A program made the position numbers and the translations under genes. Positions 12,087 to 23,123 of a DNA stretch of 64,000 bases are shown here, piece after piece; within the stretch, counting starts at the first letter, position 1; each line of letters starts with the position of its first letter. The notes below the pieces were generated by a model that saw only the letters and a list, made by a program, of their open reading frames with translations, was not told where the DNA came from and searched no databases. The stretch is from Takakia lepidozioides. Its lineage: Eukaryota > Plantae > Bryophyta. The stretch spans positions 62,496,001 through 62,560,000 of the forward strand of contig CM060731.1 of assembly GCA_030704615.1 (NCBI GenBank), in the 5' to 3' direction.

Positions 12087-13022
12087 CTAGGTCAAGCAAT
12101 TGAGATCCATTGTTTGCCCCAACACCTGACGACATGATGCCTCAGAAAGAGACGACACCGCCGTGGTACCAGTGGGAAAACCCATTGCCCGCTCACACTC
12201 GTCAGCATTAGGCTCTACTAATTGCTGCAACTGAGCATCCCACAGGAGGCCAGGTCCACTATCCCGGAAAGCATGTGATCCTGGGAAGCTGAGCAGTGTA
12301 GGTAATGCTGCTCGTGGTTGACCCACCTTGTTGACCACTGCCAAAGGCGAACGGTCATCGTGTCTAACACGCTGAGACTGCCTCCCTGTGTCCAGAATGC
12401 TATCCACTGTGAGATGTGCTGGCCGCTGCACCCCATCAAATGCACGCTTGAGCAGTGCGGGTGGCATCAAATTAGTCCACCATAGCCGTGGACGATGAGC
12501 CCATGACCCCACTGTAGCTGCATCTAGCAACACTGCTGACCCAAGCCACGACCGGACTTGATGCACACTGGCCATCACCCTGGCCCGAGAATCGCCCATC
12601 AGTGGCACATTCTCCAAGATGTATGCTGGAGATACAGCTTGATGAATCTGCAAGTGGGGCAAAACCCGCACCATCTCCCAAAACAGACCTGACATTGAGT
12701 CTCGCAATCCATTGTCATGCCCGGCTGATGAATGCCCTTGGCAGGGCCAACCTGCCACTACCAGATCAATGGAGCCAACCCGCTCCAAATCCTGCGCCCC
12801 CAGCAACGAAATGTCTGCTGGCAAGGCCTGTTGATATCCACGAACTGCAGACACCGGCAACAATTCAGGGTACCGCTGCACCAACTGAGCAACATGGCGA
12901 AGTGAAATGCGTCGTGTTGTCTCATCCCTCTCCACATACAGGTAACACCGAACTCGTACACTTGCCTGTAACACAGCAGCCAATCCGGTGCTGATCCCGC
13001 CAAACTAGTCCAGAAGACAAAT
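12087..13022 (-). pseudogene. DNMT3-like C5 DNA cytosine methyltransferase domain inside the retrotransposon polyprotein
   Basis: Motif I ICLLD*FGGISTG (upstream of the listed ORF, same frame); II YVERD; IV DLVVAGWPCQGHS; VI YILENV; VIII AHRPRLWWTNL; IX ECERAMGFP; X RQVLGQTM. Confidence 0.92.
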
Positions 13023-13307
13023 GTCTTCATCCGGATACTACCACACAATAGGTGTGGTGTCCAATGGAGACAACTGAGGTGGTCCTGGTGCAATCCCCGC
13101 ACTCTCCTCCTCTCCTGACGGTACAAAAGCCTCCACCCAGGCTTGTTGCACCCGTCGATCAGTATCCCGCTACAAATCCTTGTTCGTGCCCCACAATGGA
13201 GTCTGAGCAACCATGGTAGGCAACTCCGCCATACCATACATGTTCTCCTACTCTCCAAGAGGTGGCACATCCTCTGAATGAGCGTTGCCCTCAAGCAACT
13301 CTCCAGG

Positions 13308-14231
13308 TCAATTCACTACCGCTGTGAATGCTGATAGTATCGGCATCTTGCCTCGTTGGGCAACCGCAACTCCTCCTATGAACGTCACAGGGAGCTGCAC
13401 ACGCCGGCCCTCCCCTGACTGCCATCCAGGCCTATAGGAAGCTGACTCCTCCCAAAAATCTAGGGTGAAGCCCATGGGGTACAACACTGCCCCACCAACT
13501 AGGACATCGTACGAGACCGCGTCTGTCACAATGGCCTTGGTTCGCATTACTGAGCCATCTGTAGGGTGATCCGGCCGTAGTCTGATAGCCAATTCACGCC
13601 GTGTCATGCCCTGAGCCTGCTCCGATCCTCCCAAAGCCGTCTGTATCTGGAAAGGACAAGGCTCCATATCTGCCTCCGTGAGGCCCAAGCCTGCAATATC
13701 AGCTCTGCCTAACATCAATGGCTGAGCTCCCGAGTCCAACAAGACCCGCAGTGGCCGGTACCTCTTGCCTTTCGGTCCACTCAAACAGAAAATGCCATCC
13801 TGGTTGCCAGGTGTAACCATGGCGCGCTCAATGGCTGGACTAGCTGGCAGCTCCATCAACCTGGCAGCTACAGCTTGCCATGGCGCCACCGTGGCAGTCT
13901 GCACCCTCAAATCCGAGGATCCCTCCGGCACTACACCTCCCACTATCTCCGCAGAAGATGAAGTAACCTCCCCACTCTCACAGAGTGTAGCTGCCAGCCT
14001 GAACACCTCAGCTGGTCTAACCCCCGGCGTCGCAATCATGGTAGCCGAGAACAATGGAGCCTGGTACACAGATGTGGCCGCTCCTAGCAGCACACTAGCT
14101 GCCGTAGCCTTGGCAATACTAGGTAGTGGTGCTACCCGTGTAGCTCTCCCCAATGGCATAGTAACCTCCACCTCGGTAACAGTCGGGCGAGAACTAGGTG
14201 CCATGGATGGCGTCGACACTGTCTCCGCCAA
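13308..14231 (-). pseudogene. Retropepsin aspartic protease region
   Basis: RVLLDSGA active site and YDVLVGG C-terminal motif. Confidence 0.88.
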
Positions 14232-14276
14232 TGTGAATGACTGAGGAAGCCTAGTCTGACGACTTGCCTCCCCATG

Positions 14277-15941
14277 CTATGGATCCAACTCCACCTCTGC
14301 ACCTCGTGGCTCAGGAACTCGTGCTGCTCCTCGAGTCACGGCTGCAGCAAACTCCACCTGCACTAGTGGTAGTGCTGCTCCACACATGAATCCCATGCCT
14401 CCCATATCTCCTCCCTCAGGAGTAGGAGGTGGACCATCCGGCCTTAGAGCCGGTACCACCTGAGCTGTAGCCATGGCAGCGAGCCTCTGCTCTAGCTGCT
14501 GAAGCCGGTTGGCCATGCCTTGGTCAACACCCTGACCTCCGCGTCCTTGGCCATGTTGAGCTTGCCCTTGGCCTGCACCTCGTGGTTGGCCACCTCGTCC
14601 TCTCTGGGCTGCTCCACCTCGCCCCCGGCCACCATTGTTTCCTTGGAACTGGCCTGGGCGCAACTCAGGATGCAAACCATAACACTGGGCCTCTCCATGC
14701 CCGTGCTTGCCACAATGCCCACACTGCAACTGTGCAGGCTGTGCATGTGCCGGCCCTTTGCCTCCCTCTGGGCAATCCTTCTTGACATGGGGTCCTCCAC
14801 ATGTCCAGCACACCACATCCGCCCGTTGTTGGCCAGCAAATGAAAGGAGAGACCCCTGCATCTGAGGTCCTCTCTGCCCTTCCCTGAGCTTCACCTGAGC
14901 CCCCTTGTTGCCTTGAGCACGTTGAGGTAGTGGTTGGCTAGGAGCACCACTACCCCGTGGCGTCTCCTTAGCAAATCGCACCATGACCACTCGTTCCTCC
15001 ACCATGTTGAGCTCTATCCGCTCTGCCAGCAAAAACACATTTGCTAAGGTGGGTTGGGCCGCTTGTAGGAGAGTTGCATCCCGCACCCTTCTCCTCAGCT
15101 CTTTGTCCAATATCCCATACCAGAATTACACTGCCTGAGCTTCTGTAACCCCTTGGGTTACATTTATCAAGCGCCTCATGCGAGTGAAAGCCTCCCTCAA
15201 GCTCTCGGTCGGCTTCCGTTGGAACTCTTGCAAGCTCCGCAACTTCTCTGTCCTCACCCTTTGGTAGTTCCCTCTCAACTCTTCGAAGAACTCCACAACA
15301 GGGTTGAAGGCAGGCACGGGTACTAGTGCTGGTGCGGTAGTGGCTTGGGTGGACGTCGTAGCTACTGTACCACCAGTCCCACTAGTCCCACTGCTACTTG
15401 CTGAAGCTGCCGGTGCAGCGGCAGGTGTAGCCACTGCCCTCGTGGCTCTAGTGCCCCTAGTGATGGAGACATAATCGGGTGACCAGTACATTGTCCACTC
15501 CTCGATCTCAACCTCATGCCCCCGCCTGAACTCATGGTAATCATCCATAGGCGGCCCCTCAAGGTGCTGAAACAACCCCTTCCATGCCATGAAAGGCGTA
15601 AATAGTTGTGGAGTGCGCATTTGCTGCAAATCACACCAACTATCAAACTCTTGGATAAAATCATCCAACTCGATGGTGCCCACCGCCCTAGAGTACCTTC
15701 GTGGCCCCTTGGTAGCTCCATACATCTCCTCCATTGTGTCCCACAACAATGGCAAAGAAACAACTTGCACCGCCGGTATGAGTCCTCCTGATTCACAATC
15801 CGAATCAGAACCTTCCGTAGAAGACACATGAGGTGAAGGTGGCCTAAACCGCACACCTCGTCTTGTGTACCCACTAGTATTGCTAGTGCTCGAACCGGCA
15901 CTGTCCCCAGCAACTAGTGGCACCTCCGTGTTGACACTCAA
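14277..15941 (-). pseudogene. Gag with two zinc knuckles (in-frame stop at 15126-15128)
   Basis: FQRKPTESLREAFTRM homology region; CWTCGGPHVKKDC and CGHCGKHGHGEAQC; RGG-rich tail. Confidence 0.88.
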
Positions 15942-16639
15942 CCGATCATGAACATGTCCCTAACCCCCTCTCCACAAGGTAACCGGGTAGAGAACCTGTT
16001 GCGGCTTATGGTTTGGAATACTAAGTTCCTAACATAGCCTACACCTGTACCTACATCCACCGCAAGTACTCCTATGGTTGGCTGGTCATCACCTCCAACC
16101 TCACCACAGGAGAAACAATGATGGTCTGGCTGGTCATCACCCCAGCCTCACCATCGACAGCATGCTCTAGGACTGGCCGGTGATCAAATCCGGACCAATC
16201 ACCTATAAAAAACAAGCGCCCACACAAAACTAGCATGGCACACAGTCAAGCATGCAGGTATGGAGGGGATCCAAACACAAGAAATCAGAACGACAACTCC
16301 CCCACACCAAAAACAACTCCACGGTGTGGCTCTTGCAAGGACACCCCAGCCCAAACCCGGACTGACTCTTGCCTCCACCTACGGAAAGGTCTTGGCCTAA
16401 TGAGAGGGTGGAAACTACGAGGAAGAGAAGCTAAAGCAATGCCTAACCCCAGCATGCCCTCATCCCAACACTCTTCCTCTCCTCTCTTCCCTCACTTGCA
16501 TGACCATGGGAATATCATGAAGATACTCCTCAAACCGCCCTCCACGAGCTTCAAAATTCGGCCTTCAAGACCACATACCAGTCCTTAGGCAGTCCACCAG
16601 TGCCTCCACAAGTCAGCACATGCCATCCACAGCTCAACA

Positions 16640-17385
16640 CGGGTCACCACAGACCAGCAGAGGCCCACACAGCTCACAGGCCACAGCCTGTCACAGCCCT
16701 ACACAGGTCACAGGGTCACAGCCCCACAGGCCGCAGCCTGTCACAGCCCATCACAACCCCAAAGGCCACAGGCACAGCCTGTCACAGCCCTACAAAGGTC
16801 ACAGGGTCACAGCCCCAAAGGCCACAGCCTATCACAGCCCCTCACAGCCCCATAGGCCCACAGGCACAGCCTGTCACAGCCCGACACAGGTCACAGGGGT
16901 CACAGCCCCAAAGGCCACAGCCCCTCACAGCCCGTCACAGCCCCACAGGCCACTAGGCACAGCCTGTCACAGCCCCTCACAGCCCCTCACAGCTCGCCAC
17001 AGCCTGTCACAGCCTGTCACAGCTTGCCACAGCCCATCACAGCCCATCACAGCCTGTCATAGCCCCACAGGGCACAGGGCACAGCCTGTCAAGCCCCTCA
17101 CAGCCCGTCACAACCCCACAGGCCACTGGGCACAGCCTGTCACAGCCCGCCACAACCTGTCACAGCCCCTCATAGCCCGTCACAGCCCCAAAGGCCCGTG
17201 ACAGCCCCGAAGGCCACTGGCGCAGCCCGTGACAGCCCCAAAAGGCCACCGGCACAGCCCCTCACAGCCCATCACAACCCCCAAGGCCACCGGCGCAGCC
17301 CGTCACAGGCCCTCACAGCCCATCACAGCCCCGAAGGCCACTGGCACAGGCCCTCACAGGCCTTCACAGCCTGTCACAGCCCCAT
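16640..17385. repeat. Degenerate CACAGCC/TCACAGCC minisatellite in the element 5' leader
   Basis: Dozens of ACAGCC units with ~11-bp sub-periodicity. Confidence 0.9.
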
Positions 17386-17824
17386 CCATGGCCGCTCAGG
17401 CAGTTTAGCCATTTCTCCAAGGGGTTTAGCCACGCCAAGCTAGGGTTTGTGTCTCTTGGACTCTAGGCTTCTTTCCACCGAGCTATGGCGGCTGTGAGGA
17501 AATCAGCAAGGTATTCTTGCTCTTTCGGCTCCCACACACCACCATAGTAGCCCTAAGCCATGAGGTGGTTGCCACAAACCAAGCCTTCTTTCTCACTTAG
17601 CCTCCCCAAACACGCCACTAAACTCAATGGCAAACAACCAAGCCTTACTGGTTTCCAGCCCTTGTGAGCACTCATTCAAGCGTTTCCCTTGGCTATAGCA
17701 TCTGTCTTAGAGCCTATTCCAGCCCCCTACACCTGTCACTTCAAGAGCCATGCTCTATCTAGGCTTGAGGTTGAAACCCCAACTCAGAACACGCTCTACA
17801 AGTATCGGACTGTCACATAAGAGC

Positions 17825-18230
17825 AGATCAGCCCCTTACCTTCTCTTCTAGTTCTCTAAAGCTTGAAAACAAAAGCCCAATGGACTGTAGGCATGCTCCA
17901 CACATGCCCCACTCTCACCACCAGAGAATCAGCCCCTTTGCTTTCTTTCTTGCACCCACCAACCTGAAAATACACGCTTCAGCGGGCTGGAAGCATGCTC
18001 CACACATGCCCTACAGGGAAACCAGCCCCTTCCTTCCTTTCTTGCACTCCCAAACCTGAAAGTACAAGCCTTCAACAGGCTGAAAGCATGCTCCACACAT
18101 GCATTGCTCTCACATAAGGGAAGTCAGCCCTTCCTTCTTCCTTGCTTGCCCTCCAAGCTTGAAGATGGTATGAGCTGAATACATGCTCCACACATGCAAC
18201 CTCTTCACACAAGAGGTATCAGCCACCTAT
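17825..18230. repeat. Four degenerate ~95-bp tandem repeats in the element leader
   Basis: (G)CATGCTCCACACATGC at 17891, 17993, 18086 and 18181, each followed by CAGCC(C) and a pyrimidine tract. Confidence 0.8.
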
Positions 18231-18900
18231 CTTGGCTCCTTGGCTCCTTGATGCTCTCTAAGACAAGACTAAGCACTCCACAGCCTTTGCCAAGCTCCCG
18301 AAACCCTAAGGCTTACATTTCCAGCCACAAGACACTCCTTTTGTGGTGCAAGAGCTCTTCTTCCAAGCTCTGAAACCCTAGGTGCACATTCCATGGCCTT
18401 GCCGCACCTCTTAGCTCCTGTTCCAGCCTTGCTCTTGCCATGACAAGAGCCCTCTCAATGCTGAAGCTCGAGATTGAAACCCACTCTCAACATACTCCAC
18501 AAAGTGCACTGATTTGCCCCAAGCCAAATCAGCCATTTCGCTTGGTCTTGCAATCCTTCACACAATGAAAGCTCGCATTCCCAAGTCCAGTTCTCAGCTT
18601 TGCCACCAAAGCCAATATAACCTGCTCTTGACTGGTCCTCTTCCCAATCGTGCTTGCTCATGCATGTACACAATCTGAAACCATCAAGGTGCTCTGGAAT
18701 TACCTGCAGTATGGTGCTTTCATCTCTGAAGCTGAAGATCGAATGCCAAGGTTTACCACCTCGTAACCCACATCACCTCCGCTTCTAACAACCAAGAGCT
18801 CCACGGTGCTCCTTGCATAACAACCTGGTTTCTCTCATTCTCAAGCAAAAACCACAAGTGCTACAACTAACTCGTATCTGGCACTCATAGATACGAGCTG

Positions 18901-18912
18901 ATCTTTCTCGAG
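18901..18912 (-). promoter_or_regulatory. Putative self-priming primer-binding site
   Basis: CTCGAGAAAGAT immediately follows the LTR-ending CA. It is complementary to (A)TCTTTCTCGAG inside the LTR (19078-19088; 8598-8609). It does not start with TGG. Confidence 0.65.
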
Positions 18913-19239
18913 TGATAAAGAAGAAGAATACAAGCACAAGCTCATGCGAGCTCACAAAGCTGAAGCATAAACTCATGCATATATAACCTCATCACTCAAA
19001 TACAAGTCAAGCCAAGTGCACCCCACGCCATGGGGAATCCACACTACGGCGCCATAGCTAGGCGCGGTGAGGCTCAACTCGAGAAAGAAGAGCCTCCCAC
19101 GCTTGCCGTGAAGATAACCACTCCAGGGCCTAAATCTGCCTTGATCCCTGGATTGACACTTGGGCCAATCCCAAATGTCAATATGTAAAAGCTAGCTATT
19201 TCCTAGCTAGTTTCACACTAATGGTAAAATAACTTGACA
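18913..19239 (-). repeat. 5' partial LTR (segment X1)
   Basis: 327 bp with about 8 differences from 8433-8759. Starts TGTCAAG and ends TTTATCA. Confidence 0.93.
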
Positions 19240-20615
19240 TATGAGCAAAGCCTTGATGTCAACTAAGATTCTAAAACTTATATCCTTCTTTCTACAAAGC
19301 CAACTCCACAAAGAGGTTGCAGCAAGGAGCGGGAACGCGTGCCATTTGTTACAGAACCTTAAGATCATGTCCAGATCCTTCTGGCTCTGGGGCAGTACAA
19401 AAAGAAAAGGGCTTCTATCCCATGTTTAACAGTACGTTAGCGAGAGTGGAAATATCATAGCCGTGCTCAAACTTTGCATCGTAGGGCAGCAGAACTGGAA
19501 CTCACATGTGGAATGAGAGATTGTGGAGAGTGTTCGATTGAGTATCACGCTGATTCTCCGGAAGGAGAGATAAAGTAGCGGGTGAACCTAAGATGCAAGA
19601 ATAAGGGTTATGAGAACATTGGCTAATCATGTGATGACTATCATGCTGCAACTCAGGAAGGAAGGTCATTGGAACGCAAGTGAAAGCAGGAACTGACCTT
19701 GTCCAGCTGCACTTCTACTAACTATGGTCCAGTATAAGGAGTCATATGGCCTCATGTGTCCTTCATCTTTGAAGGTATGTAATGAACAACCAAATGAACA
19801 ACTGAATCGGGGTGTGCTATATTTCTTTCTCAATATTTACTACTGCTCTTTATGTTGCTAGAAATCTCATGGACCTGTATATGAGAGGGTGATATGTGGC
19901 CGATGTGTTAGAAAAGCAACTGCGGAAATGGGTGGGAAGTACTGCGGCCAGACCACGACGCCCCCTATCTCTGCAGGGAAGAACATCTCGATTGGGTTTC
20001 CAAGCAGGCGGGCTTACCTAATATATTTCATGTTAATGTTAAGAGTAGTTTTATACTACTCAATGGCTTTTTGAATGGACATTGTCAATTTTTCTACATC
20101 TTCAATGAGAGAGAAACTGAAGCAAGATGTTGATCCCTGGCAAAGTTGAAGGCGAACTGCAGATATATGTGGCGCAAGACACCATAAAAAATGGTGGGAA
20201 CATGCCTGTAGCTTAACAGGATACACTAGCTGACTTTCTACTATCTCCACCACGGACCCCATGCTCAGACGAGTTGCAGGTATGAGCATTGCATGCATGC
20301 ATATTTCTTTCTACCTCTGATCGATTCAATTGTGTCATCATTCATTAACTGTGTCAGCTGTATCATGTCATCATTCCTGCAAAATTACAGTCAGTCATGG
20401 TGCTCAGTAGTTACTAATCAACACTTAAAGGGCAGGATGGCTCCTGAAGTCTGAATACAACGACATATAGATCTGCCGGTTTCTTTGCCAAAATGGTACA
20501 ACACCACAAAATTTCTCTAGGGCAGGGACGGCAAGTACCTAGACCATGCATAAGAGTAAGAGGTATTTAATATGGGGTCTACAGGAGGGTGTACCTGGAA
20601 CAAGTGCAACCTGGT

Positions 20616-21072
20616 TAACATGGGTTATGGGGAGATGTTCATCTGACTATGGGCGTTTCGTTCAGCTGGCAGAGGAAGTAAGTTGGACAATTAATGTACT
20701 TGGTCCAAAAAATCTTCCACATAAGCAAGAAACGGAGTGAGTTATATCAGTAGACTTGATTGTTGTCGCCGTCCACCATAGATCCTGCCGAGTTCGGTAA
20801 AGCAACTAGAGATCAAGAAGTGATGAAACTCTTTCCCTATGGTTGTAACATTAATGGTGCTGCTTTTGCTTCAATTTGCTGGAACGTTTGTGATAAAAGC
20901 AGCGCTTATTCATGTTTGGCATATATATAGGTGGTAAACAAACAAGGGGTGATGTTTGTCAGCAGTGTTGGAAATAATGGACCATCATTGACCAGGGGGC
21001 ACAACCTCCAGCATCTTGGGCATAGGGGCCTATGTGTCCCCTGCAGTGGCAACAGCCGCTCACTCGATGGTA
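20616..21072 (+). pseudogene. TPP2: Two-exon fragment of tripeptidyl peptidase II (subtilase)
   Basis: NMGYGE..DYGRFVQLAEE | GT-AG intron 20678-20930 | VVNKQGVMFVSSVGNNGPSLT..SILGIGAYVSPAVATAAHSM. Matches recalled plant TPP2 sequence. Frameshifted; no other exons seen. Confidence 0.75.
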
Positions 21073-22849
21073 GTTTTAGTTTATTTAGAATATCTCAGAT
21101 CCCTTAAGATCCAGGTCACTTTAAGATCCATCAATTTACATATAGATGAAAAATTAAAAAATTAAAAAATAATTGAGTTGCAAATTAAGAATTATTTTTG
21201 GTTTTAAAATCATTTAATTTCAATAAGTCTTTATCGTATTGATATTATCAATCTTTAGAAGTTAGTACAATTATATTATATATTATAAATACATTTTATT
21301 GTTGATTTGTTGTCTTCTTCTTGAAATTATTGTATATCATTGAAAAAATATTGGAATTAATATATATATATATATTCTCATATTTATCAATTTCTAATTC
21401 TTCTTTAATTTGTTATATATCTATATGTAAATGAATGCAGGTGTTTATTTTAATTTAGATATATAATTATTAAATGATTTTCTTCAGTCTAGTAATATCC
21501 AACCTCTAGGTGTTTTCAGATCTTAATCCCTTCAGGTCCTTTAGATCCATCTATACCATTTCACATCTACTAACAATAGTATTGTAAAATCAATTTTTTT
21601 TTATTTCATATACTCTTAAGGTTTTTATTATTATTTAACATGTATTTATTTATATAATATCATTTATAATTTACAGTTCTAACTCATGATGATCTATATT
21701 CATCGACACAAACGAACTTGTACAAAAAAATAAATCAAGCAGTATGTCGTTTTCAATATCCATTACCTCCCATGATTTTATAACCTTTTCAATGACAATG
21801 ATACAAGATGATATGCAAAAATAACAAACGATATATTTGATACACTAAATAAAATGGATGTTAATAGAAATATTTCATTCAACAAATTTATCAGATTATT
21901 TAATTTAGAAATGGACACATATATAAAAATTTACGAAGTCGACTGAAAAAACCAACAATAGTTTAGCTGCAACCCAAGGCAGGCCCCCCCCCGACCACAC
22001 TGTATCCTCATGGCTTCTACCATGTTCTTGCCGATCACCCCATCCAAGCACTTGCACTGCCAGACTCTGTCCAGACATACTGCTAGTGCATGGGTTGCCC
22101 ATAAATGCACCACCACCTGACACCCCTTCCCTTAACCTCACCATACACTTTATTGAATTCACATATTGTAATGACCGTTACCCCTGCTCTTCCATACTAG
22201 AAAAATGCCAGAAATATGCCCCGCTCATCCTTGCACTCCGCCGACACGGCTAGTCCACTGGCCCCTTGACCGTCGTTACCGCCGGCACTAGATGAGGCAT
22301 CCACAATGCTCGTATCTCCGATTTCCACAAAAACTTCAAAATCCCTATTTCCCCCATAGACAAATGCTTCAAAGCCATCGACTTGACGGCGATCCGCTCC
22401 CTCACTGTTATCAACACCAACAAAAGACAGCTTAAATCCAGCCTCTCCACGGCCCCTTAGATACCACGAGGTTCCCTTGGGGTACCCACCATCTTCCCAT
22501 TGTTACTGCGTGCCCTTTGGGCACCCTCTAGTTTTATAGGGCCCACCCCCGAAACGGGGCAGTAGCCGCAAAGTGAAGTGGCTCTTAGTTACGCCGGCTT
22601 CGGCCGGAGTCATCTCTCTATAGCTGCAACATTTAATTTGAATACCAGGAAAACAATTCATATTATTGCGGTCTTTATAAACCTCCAACACTATAATTTA
22701 CTATTTTCTTGTAATCTCTCAAAAAGCTCATTGATAATATCCCACATACAATAATAATATGAGATTTTAATGTATATCTTTTACAAAATAATACCGTAAC
22801 AACAAATCAATTGTAAAAATTCATGTTTTTTTTTCACATATATCATCAT

Positions 22850-23123
22850 CAGTGTTTTTTTTAAGAAATTTGGAAAATAGCACGAGTGGCTACAGAGTTT
22901 TGCAGAAAAAACGATACATTCCGTTCATCCACTGAAATTCATCCACCTCTATACCATAATCCATTTATATCATCCATATTTGGTGGATTCATCCATAATT
23001 TATTTTTTATTTGGAGAAATTTGGCGATTCATCCACGAAAAAACAAGGGATTTGTGACAGAATATTCCATTTTATTTTTTGAGGTCGAAATCTGGCGAAA
23101 ATTCGCTAATAGAAAAAACGCTG
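22850..23123. mobile_element. hAT-type MITE
   Basis: TIR CAGTGTTTTTT / AAAAAACGCTG and 8-bp TSD ATCATCAT (22842-22849, 23124-23131). A related partial end lies at 41786-41835. Confidence 0.85.

Larger units (their letters stand above)
8244..19239 (-). mobile_element. Ty3/Gypsy retrotransposon with split LTRs encoding gag-PR-DNMT3-like-RT(deleted)-RNaseH-INT-PHD; defective copy
   Basis: TGTC...GACA termini and 4-bp TSD TATG (8240-8243, 19240-19243). Gypsy domain order PR-RT-RH-INT. Repeats X (8433-8759 = 18913-19239) and Y (8244-8431 = 8762-8926). Confidence 0.95.

Noticed and set aside
12087-13022. Bacterial restriction-modification methylase or contamination
   Set aside because: It is in frame within a eukaryotic gag-pol, its motifs are DNMT3-like, and the context is plant nuclear DNA.
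16600-17443. His/Ser/Pro/Thr-rich ORFs (also 47382-47909), and a CRISPR-like appearance
   Set aside because: These are translations of a stop-poor minisatellite. There are no unique spacers and no cas genes.
8244-19239. DIRS/PAT/Ngaro tyrosine-recombinase element, suggested by the split repeats and a methyltransferase
   Set aside because: No tyrosine recombinase seen. It has a DDE integrase, a protease, TG...CA ends and a TSD, and the MTase is C5-cytosine type rather than the adenine type of DIRS.
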